Positions 42,600 through 51,927 of a stretch of DNA of 64,000 nucleotides are shown here, in pieces (positions within the stretch are counted from its first letter, which is position 1; every line of letters begins with the position of its first letter). The notes under the pieces were generated by a model, which was given only the letters and a program-made list of their open reading frames with translations, did not search any database and was not told where the DNA came from. Origin of the DNA: an uncultured delta proteobacterium (GTDB lineage: Bacteria > Desulfobacterota > Binatia > Bin18); contig CAVTCR010000019.1 of NCBI GenBank assembly GCA_963733195.1, positions 1 through 64,000 on the forward strand. The letters are read 5' to 3'. Made by a program: the position numbers and the translations under genes.

Positions 42600-43040
42600 T
42601 CAACTCTTGGCCAGGGTGCGGTCGATGGACCACTTCCCGCCACCGTGGATCATAATGGCGAGGGCGAGGCCGACCGCCAAGATATGGAACTCGAATCCTT
42701 CTCGTACCGGCTGACCGGCCCAATTCATAAAGAAACCAAACTGCCAGTGAACAAAAAATATGGCTCCGAGCATGATGATGCCAATCCCAGCGGCGGAGAC
42801 CCGTGTGAGAAAACCGACGAGCAAACCGAGCCCACCGAAAAACTCACCGATAGTCACCAGTACGGCAATGATGGTCGAAAATCCAAGCTGATGAAAGAGA
42901 TCGATCGTGCCGAAGAATCCTCGACCGCCGAACCAGCCGAGCAGTTTCTGCGCACCGTGCGGGAACATCACAATCCCCAGCGCTAAACGTAACACGAGCG
43001 CCGTTATCGTATCGTCCGTCCGTGTGAGTTGTTGCCACAT
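42600..43040 (-). CDS. DoxX family membrane protein
   Basis: FPHGAQKLLGWFGG, GFEFH, GGGKWSID. Confidence 0.92.
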   Translation of the reverse strand: MWQQLTRTDDTITALVLRLALGIVMFPHGAQKLLGWFGGRGFFGTIDLFHQLGFSTIIAVLVTIGEFFGGLGLLVGFLTRVSAAGIGIIMLGAIFFVHWQFGFFMNWAGQPVREGFEFHILAVGLALAIMIHGGGKWSIDRTLAKS

Positions 43041-43314
43041 GGGTCCCTCCTTTTGTCCCTACTTATTGCCAGGATGGCCTAGAAATCAACTAGGGCGGTC
43101 TTCCCGAGCAAGGGGAAACCGAGTTAGTGAAGCAAGACCCTAGAGATTACGGTCCTCCTTCTTCTCCCACGATGAGTTCTATGCGTACGATCGGCGTGCC
43201 AACAGCTCACAGCACGCAGAGGCTGTAAGGTTTCCTCGAATCAGCCAGCGTAGAAAAGCTAGCGATGCGGCACAGTGGAGGGCAAAGAACAGAGCATCTG
43301 TCCTTCCTTAAAAA

Positions 43315-43345
43315 GAGATTCTTCGGCCTCCAGCCTCAGAATGAC
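43315..43345. repeat. REP-like half element
   Basis: gagattcttcggcctccagcctcagaatgac. Confidence 0.55.
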
Positions 43346-43372
43346 TACCCCACAAATCTGTGAGGATATCGG

Positions 43373-43726
43373 TCACGCAGCCGCCGGGCTTTTCCCTTTG
43401 GTTTTCTCGCAGGTCGTACAGAGATTATTCACGTTGTCGGGGTCTTCGATCAGCCCCTCATCAAGGTTGTGGCAGATCTTTTTGCACGCTGCACAAATAA
43501 AGTAGATTCCCTCAATCGTTTTGTTGATACGTTCCCGATTGAGCACGCGACCTTTGAGCTTTTCGATCCGGATGCCGAGCAGTTCTTCATAGCGTTTCTT
43601 GATCTTTTTTCGCCCGGCTTCGTCTTTAGGTAGCTCTTCTTCTGAGGCTTCTTCTGTGGGCTCTTCGTCGAAAAGGTTGAGATCTTTTGCTTCTTTGTCT
43701 TTCTTGCGTGTTCGCGGCATGGTCAC
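43373..43726 (-). CDS. hypothetical protein with acidic N-terminus and two CxxC motifs
   Basis: CAAC..CTTC; RBS gaggt. Confidence 0.7.
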   Translation of the reverse strand: MTMPRTRKKDKEAKDLNLFDEEPTEEASEEELPKDEAGRKKIKKRYEELLGIRIEKLKGRVLNRERINKTIEGIYFICAACKKICHNLDEGLIEDPDNVNNLCTTCEKTKGKSPAAA

Positions 43727-43738
43727 CTCTCTTGGGGA

Positions 43739-43909
43739 CTAGCGAGTTCGGCTGACATGGTCAGGATTCTTGTCACACACCCAGAAGAAGCCTTTCATTT
43801 GTCCAAAGCCAGCATATTGCACCACTTTGCTATCACCACCACAGACAGGACATACACGTTTCGTCCGCGACGCGTCGGCCTTTTGCGCGGTTTTTGCTTT
43901 TTCAGCCAC
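43739..43909 (-). CDS. 56-aa zinc-ribbon microprotein (absent from the ORF track)
   Basis: GGAGGAG RBS, GTG start, MAEKAK..CPVCGG..FFWVCDKNPDH. Confidence 0.65.
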   Translation of the reverse strand: MAEKAKTAQKADASRTKRVCPVCGGDSKVVQYAGFGQMKGFFWVCDKNPDHVSRTR

Positions 43910-44074
43910 GAGTCTCCTCCAAAAGTAAAAATAATACGGTAGGAATTTTTTTTGTCAGAATGAATCTATCCAGGATAGGAAGGATAGCTTTTACTGTCAA
44001 GGGTTCTTGTCGGTCTAGAGACTGCATGGTACGGTGCGCCGCGCCTTGTAACAGGACGTAAGAGTGAACTCATT

Positions 44075-44929
44075 ATGTCTGACCGCTCGCTGCTCCGCAC
44101 CGGAGAGTCCGTTCTTTTTATCGACACCAAGGAGCGTGAGTATCTCCGTACTCTCAAAGCCGGCAATCGGATTTCCTTGCATGGAGGCTTGTTACCAGCA
44201 GATAACATCATCGGTATTCCCGAAGGCAGTCTCGTACGCAACTCAACTAATGACGCCTTTTGGGTGTTTCGCCCGACTTATGCCCACCTGATACCGAACC
44301 TCCCCCGTCGCGCTCAGGTCATCTACCCGAAAGACGTTGGTATCATGTTGTTATGGGGTGATGTGTTTCCCGGAGCTTCAGTGGTCGAAGTCGGTGCTGG
44401 CCCTGGCTCACTTGCAATTGCACTCTTGCGTGCGATTGGCCCAACCGGCAAACTGACTACCGTCGAAATTCGTGAAGATCACTGTGATATGGCGCGTGAG
44501 AACGTGGCAAAATTCTTTGGTGAAGCGCCCAACTGGACCCTCGTGATCGGTGATGCCTACACCAGTATTGATGTTCAGGACGCGGATCGCCTCTTTATCG
44601 ATGTTCCTGAGCCGTGGCGGGTACTCCCACATGCAGCTCAGGCGCTACGACCAGGTGGGGTGGTGGTTGGCTACAGCCCAACTGTCATCCAGGTAAAGTC
44701 GTTTGTCGATGAACTTCGCTCTTCTCCGTGCTTCACGGCAATCGAGGTCATGGAAAATCTTGTGCGCGGGTGGCACATCAAAGGGCTCTCAGTTCGTCCA
44801 GATCATCGCATGGTCGCGCATACTGGATTCCTTGTTATTGCGCGGCGTACGAGCCTCGATCCGACGAGTACTGAAGTTCTGCCAAATCTTTTGGATGACC
44901 CTGAACCACCTGACGAATTAGAAGAGTAA
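44075..44929 (+). CDS. trmI: tRNA (adenine58-N1)-methyltransferase
   Basis: RRAQVIYPKD, EVGAGPG, DVPEPW, RPDHRMVAHTGFL. Confidence 0.9.
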   Translation: MSDRSLLRTGESVLFIDTKEREYLRTLKAGNRISLHGGLLPADNIIGIPEGSLVRNSTNDAFWVFRPTYAHLIPNLPRRAQVIYPKDVGIMLLWGDVFPGASVVEVGAGPGSLAIALLRAIGPTGKLTTVEIREDHCDMARENVAKFFGEAPNWTLVIGDAYTSIDVQDADRLFIDVPEPWRVLPHAAQALRPGGVVVGYSPTVIQVKSFVDELRSSPCFTAIEVMENLVRGWHIKGLSVRPDHRMVAHTGFLVIARRTSLDPTSTEVLPNLLDDPEPPDELEE

Positions 44930-44934
44930 CGATC

Positions 44935-46209
44935 ATGCCCCAGCGCCGCATCATTCACCTCGATATGGATGCGTTCTATGCGGCGATCGAACAGCGCGAC
45001 TTTCCGGAGCTGCGCGGTAAACCAGTGCTCGTTGGTGGCGACCGGGCACGGGGTGTTGTCGCGACTGCCTCTTATGAAGCTCGACCCTACGGTGTTCATT
45101 CCGCCATGCCGATGGCGCAAGCGCTTAAACTCTGTCCTCAGGCTATCGTGGTTCCGCCACGACGGGAGAAATACCTTGAAGTCTCGCGGCACGTGTTTAC
45201 TATCCTTCGATCATTCACTCCGTTAGTTGAGCCGCTCTCTCTTGACGAGGCGTTTCTCGATGTGACAGCGAGTGAACAACTCTTCGGCACCGCACGTACA
45301 ATCGCTCGTACCATCAAGGAACAGATTTACAGCAACACACAACTCACGGCATCAGCGGGAATAGCATCAACGAAGTTTGTCGCCAAAATTGCGAGTGACA
45401 TGCAAAAGCCGAATGGCTTGGTAGAAGTACGGGATGAAGACGCGTTGTCCTTTCTTCATCCTCTTCCCGTCACGCGATTGTGGGGAGTTGGAAAAGTCAC
45501 CGCTCAATCGCTATCGAACATGGGTATTCGCACGATTGGTGACCTCGCCCGTTGGCCTCGTGAGACATTAGTCTCTCGTTATGGAGCGAATGGTGAGCAC
45601 CTCTTTCAACTAGCCCACGGCATCGACCCGCGCCCAGTTGATCCAAACCAAGAGATGAAATCAATCGGTGAGGAGGAGACGTTCTCACAAGATCTCGATC
45701 AGGACACAGAAGTCCATGCCGCGCTCCTTCGCTACGCACAAACGGTTGCGCGACGGTTGCGTTCGCGGAAGCTGATGGGGCGTACGGTAACAGTAAAGAT
45801 TAAGACCGCCGAACGCTTGGGAGAAGGGCGATTTCGTCTGTATACACGGAGTCACACCCTTCCCTCTCCAACAAACGACGAACAAGAGATCTATCAGACG
45901 GCTCTCGCGCTCTATGCCGTCGTCCCCCGTCGCAGTCAAAAAGTCCGTCTCGCAGGAATCTACGTTAGTAGCATTGAGTCAGAAACGCAGACCCAACAGT
46001 TGTCGTTGTTCACTCCACCGACACATCAGAACGACAAGCGGCAACAGCTCGGCAAACTGATTGACCAACTCACTTCACGTTATGGCAAGAACGTCATCCG
46101 CCTTGGCGAAACACCAAGTACCAGCAAATCGCGACAGCCTGATCCGGGATCGTTTAAAAAAGAAGAACTCTTGGTGGATCCGTTGACGGAAGGGAAGAAA
46201 GGGCGATAA
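44935..46209 (+). CDS. dinB: DNA polymerase IV
   Basis: HLDMDAFYA, ASYEAR, SLDEAFLD, KPNG. Confidence 0.95.
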   Translation: MPQRRIIHLDMDAFYAAIEQRDFPELRGKPVLVGGDRARGVVATASYEARPYGVHSAMPMAQALKLCPQAIVVPPRREKYLEVSRHVFTILRSFTPLVEPLSLDEAFLDVTASEQLFGTARTIARTIKEQIYSNTQLTASAGIASTKFVAKIASDMQKPNGLVEVRDEDALSFLHPLPVTRLWGVGKVTAQSLSNMGIRTIGDLARWPRETLVSRYGANGEHLFQLAHGIDPRPVDPNQEMKSIGEEETFSQDLDQDTEVHAALLRYAQTVARRLRSRKLMGRTVTVKIKTAERLGEGRFRLYTRSHTLPSPTNDEQEIYQTALALYAVVPRRSQKVRLAGIYVSSIESETQTQQLSLFTPPTHQNDKRQQLGKLIDQLTSRYGKNVIRLGETPSTSKSRQPDPGSFKKEELLVDPLTEGKKGR

Positions 46210-46237
46210 ATCACACTGAATTGGTGAGTCGAAAACA

Positions 46238-46352
46238 GAAAGGGGCGAAATGGGGAAACGGGTAAATGGGGAAACGGGGAGGAAAAGAAGACTTTCTCTT
46301 CCTTTCGCCTTTTCGCCTCCCACTGTCTCTGTCTCCCCTTCGCCCATTCGTT
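46238..46352. repeat. octamer-periodic inverted repeat
   Basis: aaatgggg aaacgggt aaatgggg aaacgggg / tttcgcct tttcgcct..ttcgcccattc. Confidence 0.7.
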
Positions 46353-46400
46353 CCGCGTGACAAGGCATACAGTGGTATTACAAGAAGGAGGGCATAAGTA

Positions 46401-47159
46401 ATGAAGGTCCTATTCGAGAAAAAGGGTCACATCGCCTACGTGACCATCAACCGCCCTGAGCGACTCAATGCGTGCGACTTTGAAACATACGAAACATTAG
46501 CAAAGGTCTGGCGCGAGTTTCGCGATGATCCCGCGCTCCGCGTCGCTATTCTCACCGGCGTAGGCGAGCGGGCGTTTTCTGCTGGTAGCGATATCAAAGC
46601 GAACTATGTCGAACGACCAGGCGAGGAACCGCAGAATATTCTCTTTCCCTTACTCTTTGATCTTTACAAACCCATTATCGCCGCAATCAACGGGCACGCG
46701 AATGGTGGTGGGCTCGAACAGGCGCTGTGTTGCGATATTCGTGTCGCTGCTGAGCATGCACAGTTCGGCTTAGGTGAAGTACGCCTCGGCTGGCTGCCCG
46801 GTGCGGGTGGAACGCAACGACTGCCACGGCTGATTCCGCTCGGTCGTGCCTTAGAAATGCTCTATACCGGAAATCGCATCGGCGCACAGGAGGCGTTACG
46901 TCTGGGATTGGTGGATTATGTGGTCCCGATGAGTCAACTAATGAGCAAGTGCGAGGAGATTGCCACGGAGATCTGCAAAAGCGCACCTTTGGCTGTGCAG
47001 AAGATCAAACAAGCAGCGTTGCGTGGCCTTGACATGTCACTCGCTGACGGGCTCAAACTAGAGCGCGAGTTGTACAACTGGCTGCAAGGAACAGAGGATG
47101 CACGCGAAGGCGCAAAGGCGTTTGCAGAGAAACGATCGCCGCAGTGGCAGGCAAAATAA
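46401..47159 (+). CDS. enoyl-CoA hydratase/isomerase
   Basis: FSAGSD, AAING, GGGLE, GLGEV, GAGGTQRL. Confidence 0.92.
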   Translation: MKVLFEKKGHIAYVTINRPERLNACDFETYETLAKVWREFRDDPALRVAILTGVGERAFSAGSDIKANYVERPGEEPQNILFPLLFDLYKPIIAAINGHANGGGLEQALCCDIRVAAEHAQFGLGEVRLGWLPGAGGTQRLPRLIPLGRALEMLYTGNRIGAQEALRLGLVDYVVPMSQLMSKCEEIATEICKSAPLAVQKIKQAALRGLDMSLADGLKLERELYNWLQGTEDAREGAKAFAEKRSPQWQAK

Positions 47160-47175
47160 TAAAGAGGGGCGAACT

Positions 47176-47958
47176 ATGACAACAACATCTCAGGCCGATG
47201 CCATCCGCGAAGCAGCGCGCCTTCTCCTTTCGTCGAAGTATGTCATGGCGCTCACCGGCGCGGGGATTTCGGTGGAGAGCGGGATCCCGCCGTTTCGTGG
47301 TCCAGGTGGGCTATGGACCAAGTACGGCGAGCCACCAATGAATGGCTACGAGATTTTTCTCCGCGATCCTAAGAAAGCCTGGGAGGAGCGATTATCGCCT
47401 AAAGGACCAACCAAAGAAATTTGGTCTGCTCTCAGCACTGCCGATCCCAATCCCGGCCATCATGCTTTTGTGGAGCTAGAACAGATGGGCATTCTGCGCA
47501 GTATGATCACACAGAACGTCGATAATCTGCACAAGCGAGCAGGCAGTCAAAATCTGATCGAGATTCATGGAAATTTCTCATTGATTCGATGTATCGAATG
47601 CAATTCGCGTTACCCCGCCGCAGAGGTCCCATTGAAAGTGCTTCCACCTCCTTGCCCACAGTGCGATGGAATCCTCAAGGCAGATACCGTCTCTTTTGGT
47701 GAGCCGATTCCTCGTGATGCACTCGATGCGTGCTTCCGTGAAGCAGAGCAGTGTGACTGCTTTATCGTTGCCGGGACTTCCGCTACGGTATACCCAGCGG
47801 CATCGTTCCCTCTGGCGGTACGCGAACGAGGCGGCACGCTCATCGAAGTGAACTTATATGAAAGTGAGCTGACCCCGCTTTGCACCTTGAGTTTGCGCGG
47901 CGGATCTGCCGAAGTGATGCCCCAATTGCTCGCCGCGGTGAAAGAGTTACGTCAATGA
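47176..47958 (+). CDS. cobB: NAD-dependent deacylase (sirtuin)
   Basis: GAGISVESG, TQNVDNLH, HG, C4 zinc, GTS. Confidence 0.9.
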   Translation: MTTTSQADAIREAARLLLSSKYVMALTGAGISVESGIPPFRGPGGLWTKYGEPPMNGYEIFLRDPKKAWEERLSPKGPTKEIWSALSTADPNPGHHAFVELEQMGILRSMITQNVDNLHKRAGSQNLIEIHGNFSLIRCIECNSRYPAAEVPLKVLPPPCPQCDGILKADTVSFGEPIPRDALDACFREAEQCDCFIVAGTSATVYPAASFPLAVRERGGTLIEVNLYESELTPLCTLSLRGGSAEVMPQLLAAVKELRQ

Positions 47959-48506
47959 AGAAATGGTTCGCCTTGTCTGCAATTGCTCAGGATCATCCAG
48001 GAATCGTTGCCGATCTCGCTGAACTCATTTACGAATGTGATTGTAACCTCGAAGAGTCGAGCATGACTGTCCTAGGCAGTGAGTTTGCGGTGTTACTGCT
48101 TCTGTCTGGGCAGGGTGTTGATCTGGAGCGTCGTGTGTCCTCGGCGTGTAAACGACTGGAGTGGGAAAAACGCGTCACGGTTTTTCTGCGTCCGCTTGAG
48201 GGAGAGCCCTCTCATTATCGTCCCGGCGAACGCAGCTCCCAATACGAATTGCATGCGACTGGTGTCGACAAAGCTGGAATCGTTGCCCGTATAGCTCGCT
48301 GCTTAGCGGATCACGGAATTAACATTACTGAAATGCACACGCACACGCGCCCGGAACCAGGTAGTGGCACCGCCATCTACACGATGCAGATTCACATGGA
48401 CGTGCCAATGACGGTAGGCATGGTAGCATTCCAAGATCGTCTCGAACACATTGCCGATGAGTTACACATTCATATCGATCTAGTCCCAGATACGAGAAAC
48501 GGGTAG
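47955..48506 (+). CDS. tandem ACT-domain protein, GcvR-like
   Basis: DHPGIVA, DKAGIVA. Confidence 0.8.
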   Translation: MKKWFALSAIAQDHPGIVADLAELIYECDCNLEESSMTVLGSEFAVLLLLSGQGVDLERRVSSACKRLEWEKRVTVFLRPLEGEPSHYRPGERSSQYELHATGVDKAGIVARIARCLADHGINITEMHTHTRPEPGSGTAIYTMQIHMDVPMTVGMVAFQDRLEHIADELHIHIDLVPDTRNG

Positions 48507-48605
48507 AGAACACGAACACGCAACACGTAATACGCAACACGTCACACGTAATATGTCAGGTAAAAGGATAAAAGGATAAAGGAAAAGGGGAAACGAAAAA
48601 CATGG
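48507..48605. repeat. heptamer and octamer tandem repeats
   Basis: aacacgc aacacgt aatacgc aacacgt; aaaaggat repeats. Confidence 0.7.
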
Positions 48606-48635
48606 GGCGTGATCGTAGAAGAAGGAGGAGTCTCA

Positions 48636-49532
48636 ATGAACGTCGGATTTATTGGTGTTGGCAATATGGGGAACCCAATGGCAGCAAACCTGCTAAAAGC
48701 TGGCCATGCGATGAAGGTCACTGATCTTCGCCGCGAAGCAGCGAAGAATCTAGAAGAGGCGGGAGCAACGTGGGTTAGTAGTGCAAAAGAAGCAGCCACT
48801 GATGTTGATTATGTATTTCTCTCCTTGCCAATGCCTAAAGACGTTGAGAACGTTGTTCTTTCTGAGAATGGCGTGCTCGCGGTAATGAAAAGCGGCAGCA
48901 CTATCGTTGATATGAGCACCAACTCACCAACTGTGGTACGGGGTCTTGCCGAAAAAACCAAGGCTAAAGGCGTTCACTTTCTCGATGCGCCGGTCAGCGG
49001 TGGTGTTCGTGGAGCACGCAATGCTACGTTGGCAATCATGGCAGGAGGGGAGAAAGCGATTTACGACAAATGTGAACCTCTACTCAAAGCGATGGGCGCA
49101 AATGTTTTCTATTGCGGAGATATCGGTGCTGGTAACGTCGTAAAACTGGTGAACAACATGTTAGCCTTCATCCACATGATGGGTGCGGCAGAAGCGGTAG
49201 TGCTTGGCGCGAAGGCTGGTGTCGATCCCAACGTTATCTGGCAAGCGGTGAAAGCCAGCAGTGGCGGCAGTTTCGTCTGGGAATCTGGCACTCGCGCTAT
49301 CTTGCGCGACAAACTCGCTCCTACCTTCACAATTGATCTCGCTCGTAAGGACATCGGCCTTGCAACACAACTCGCGAAAGAGTTTGATGTCCCGCTCACG
49401 ATGGGCAGTGCCGCCGAAGGTCTTATCGATAACTACCAGAAAAATGGCTATGCGAAAGAAGACGTGCTTGCAACAGTGAAAGAGTTAGAAAAACTTGCTG
49501 GTGTCACTGTCCGCGGGACGTGGAAGGAGTAA
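48636..49532 (+). CDS. beta-hydroxyacid dehydrogenase (3-hydroxyisobutyrate DH family)
   Basis: GVGNMG, DAPVSGG, KLVNN. Confidence 0.9.
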   Translation: MNVGFIGVGNMGNPMAANLLKAGHAMKVTDLRREAAKNLEEAGATWVSSAKEAATDVDYVFLSLPMPKDVENVVLSENGVLAVMKSGSTIVDMSTNSPTVVRGLAEKTKAKGVHFLDAPVSGGVRGARNATLAIMAGGEKAIYDKCEPLLKAMGANVFYCGDIGAGNVVKLVNNMLAFIHMMGAAEAVVLGAKAGVDPNVIWQAVKASSGGSFVWESGTRAILRDKLAPTFTIDLARKDIGLATQLAKEFDVPLTMGSAAEGLIDNYQKNGYAKEDVLATVKELEKLAGVTVRGTWKE

Positions 49533-49543
49533 GGAAGATTACA

Positions 49544-49616
49544 AGGAATTGGGAGTTGGGAGTTAGGCTTTAGTCTGAAAAACCTAAATCCATAGATCCC
49601 AACATCCCAACTCCTC
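49544..49616. repeat. heptamer-periodic inverted repeat
   Basis: ggaattg ggagttg ggagtta / cccaaca tcccaactcc. Confidence 0.65.
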
Positions 49617-49631
49617 CGCGGAGCGGAACAC

Positions 49632-50717
49632 ATGCGTCAAACCAACAATCTTCATGTCGTTGATACAACACCGTTAATCACCCCCACGGAACTGAAAGCT
49701 GAACTGCCAATCAGCGAACGTGCAGCGGAAACAGTTGCGTCAACTCGCGATGCGATTCGCGACATCTTGCAGGGTAAAGATCCTCGCCTGATTGCAGTGG
49801 TCGGCCCGTGCTCTATCCACGACGTTGAGGCAGCGCGGGATTATGCCAGTCATCTCATTAAAATCCAGCGAGAGCTGGCTGACCGCCTGTTAGTCATCAT
49901 GCGGGTTTACTTTGAGAAGCCACGCACTACCACAGGATGGAAAGGGTTAATCAATGACCCACATCTCGACGACACCTACGATATGGCAACCGGCCTACGA
50001 TTGGCGCGGAACTTGTTGTTAGACCTTGCCCAAGAAGGATTGCCAGCGGCAACAGAGATGCTCGATCCGATCACGCCGCAATATCTTGCTGAACTGGTCA
50101 CCTGGACTGGCATCGGCGCACGCACTAGTGAGAGTCAAACACATCGTGAGATGGCCTCCGGCTTGTCAATGCCGGTAGGCTTCAAGAACGGGACCGATGG
50201 CAGTATCGCTCCCGCGGTGAATGCTATAAGTTCGGCTCAGCAACCGCACCGTTTTCTTGGCATCGACGGAGAGGGACAGGTCAGCATCGTCAACACCACA
50301 GGTAATCCCGATTGCCATCTAGTGTTACGTGGCGGATCAAACGCACCGAACTATGATCCTGAAAGCGTGAGCATTGCCGAAACCGTCCTCAAACAAGCTC
50401 ATCTCTGCACCCGTATCATGATCGATTGCAGTCATGGCAATTGTCAGAAAGACTTTCGGAAACAGCCACAGGCTCTCTCTAGCGTGGCTTCCCAGATTCG
50501 TGCAGGAAACTCTAGCCTTGGAGGCGTAATGATCGAGAGCAACCTCGTCGCCGGCAAGCAATCGTTTCCTATTCCACGCCATCAACTCGTCTACGGCCAG
50601 AGCATCACCGACCCGTGTGTGGATTTCCCCACGACCGTCACCATGTTGCGAGAATTAGCAGAAGCAACCCAGATGCCGATAAGGAGCAACACAAAGAGTT
50701 TGACGAGAAGTTACTGA
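49632..50717 (+). CDS. aroF: class I DAHP synthase
   Basis: GPCSIHD, EKPRT, IGART, DCSHGN, SITD. Confidence 0.9.
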   Translation: MRQTNNLHVVDTTPLITPTELKAELPISERAAETVASTRDAIRDILQGKDPRLIAVVGPCSIHDVEAARDYASHLIKIQRELADRLLVIMRVYFEKPRTTTGWKGLINDPHLDDTYDMATGLRLARNLLLDLAQEGLPAATEMLDPITPQYLAELVTWTGIGARTSESQTHREMASGLSMPVGFKNGTDGSIAPAVNAISSAQQPHRFLGIDGEGQVSIVNTTGNPDCHLVLRGGSNAPNYDPESVSIAETVLKQAHLCTRIMIDCSHGNCQKDFRKQPQALSSVASQIRAGNSSLGGVMIESNLVAGKQSFPIPRHQLVYGQSITDPCVDFPTTVTMLRELAEATQMPIRSNTKSLTRSY

Positions 50718-50742
50718 ACATACCGATGAAGGATGGCAAGCT

Positions 50743-51156
50743 ATGCGCAGCTCAGACCACTACAAATCACTCGTCCGCCGCTGGATTACTGAACTGTGGA
50801 ACAAAGGGAACCTCGCGGTGGCAAGCGACGTTTTTGCTTCGACGTATATCCACCGTACTCCGGTAGCGACGTTTCCTGATCTCGCTGCCTTTCTTCAGAT
50901 GATGAGCGACTTTCGCGCTGGAGTACCAGATGTCCAAGTCGCCATTCAGGATTTGTTTGCTGAGGATGATAGGGTCGTGTTTCGCTGGCTGCTCACCGGC
51001 ACTCATCGCGGTACCCTGTTTGGTATTGCCCCGACCAACAAGGCAATCACACACAGTGGGATGACCATTCAACGTGTTGAGAACGGCAAGATCGTCGAAG
51101 CCTGGGCAGAGTTTAATGCCGGCGGGCTGCGGCAGTATTTGCTTGAGGCTTCGTAA
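50743..51156 (+). CDS. SnoaL-like ester cyclase family protein
   Basis: GTHRG, ENGKIVE. Confidence 0.85.
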   Translation: MRSSDHYKSLVRRWITELWNKGNLAVASDVFASTYIHRTPVATFPDLAAFLQMMSDFRAGVPDVQVAIQDLFAEDDRVVFRWLLTGTHRGTLFGIAPTNKAITHSGMTIQRVENGKIVEAWAEFNAGGLRQYLLEAS

Positions 51157-51276
51157 CCCGCTTCACGAAGATTCGCGCGGCGGTGTGGACTTTCATAATT
51201 CTCTTTCCTTGTCTGGCCTCGCTATTTTTGCCGAACAATCAATTTCTCATGGCACAAACATACAACCGAGACCAGA

Positions 51277-51762
51277 TCACGACTGTTTCGCCTGATACAC
51301 TTGATCGGCGCGTTTGCCACGATAGACACGCAGTTCGATTGCCCGCCATACTTCCGGGTTGATGCGAAACAGCATCCGCGGTTCGGTGCGCCAGATCGCT
51401 TTGAACTGGTCGATACTTCCAGCACTGGAAACTTTTCCACCACCCAAATACTTCTCAGCTAACAGGTCGTGAATTGGCCAAATATCAAATTTGTCCTGCG
51501 TGAGGGGCTCAGCCTGACCATCGACTTCGGCATGAGCAGGAAACGGGTCCATCGCTTCGATACACAGTGAACAGCGTGGGTCACGTAGCAGTTGCTTACA
51601 CCACACGCGGGTAGTCGTTCCGGTGAGCCAAAAATAGCCATCTTTCCACAGCCAGAATACGGGCACGGTGTACGGTCGCCCATCTTTCCTCAGCGTTGCA
51701 ATCACACCGATATGGGGTTGTTTGAGAAACTCCTCTAACATTTCTCCGCGCATACGGCCCAT
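51277..51762 (-). CDS. pyridoxamine 5'-phosphate oxidase-like split-barrel protein
   Basis: ATLRKDGRP, RDPRCSL. Confidence 0.8.
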   Translation of the reverse strand: MGRMRGEMLEEFLKQPHIGVIATLRKDGRPYTVPVFWLWKDGYFWLTGTTTRVWCKQLLRDPRCSLCIEAMDPFPAHAEVDGQAEPLTQDKFDIWPIHDLLAEKYLGGGKVSSAGSIDQFKAIWRTEPRMLFRINPEVWRAIELRVYRGKRADQVYQAKQS

Positions 51763-51771
51763 ACAGAACTC

Positions 51772-51927
51772 CAGTAACGAGTAATGAGTATTAAGCGACT
51801 AGACATAACACGCAACATGTAACTCGTGATATATGATGCGGGTGCGTGGTACGTGATACATGAGGCGTGACCATCTTTCTCTCTCCTTACGTTTCACGCT
51901 TCACGCTCCACGTTTTACGTTTCACGT
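51772..51927. repeat. compound heptamer-periodic palindrome
   Basis: agtaacg agtaatg; cgtggta cgtgata catgagg cgtga / ttacgt ttcacgc ttcacgc tccacgt. Confidence 0.75.

Noticed and set aside
43195-43215. sigma54 promoter for doxX (ttggcacg on the minus strand)
   Set aside because: The -12 GC is missing
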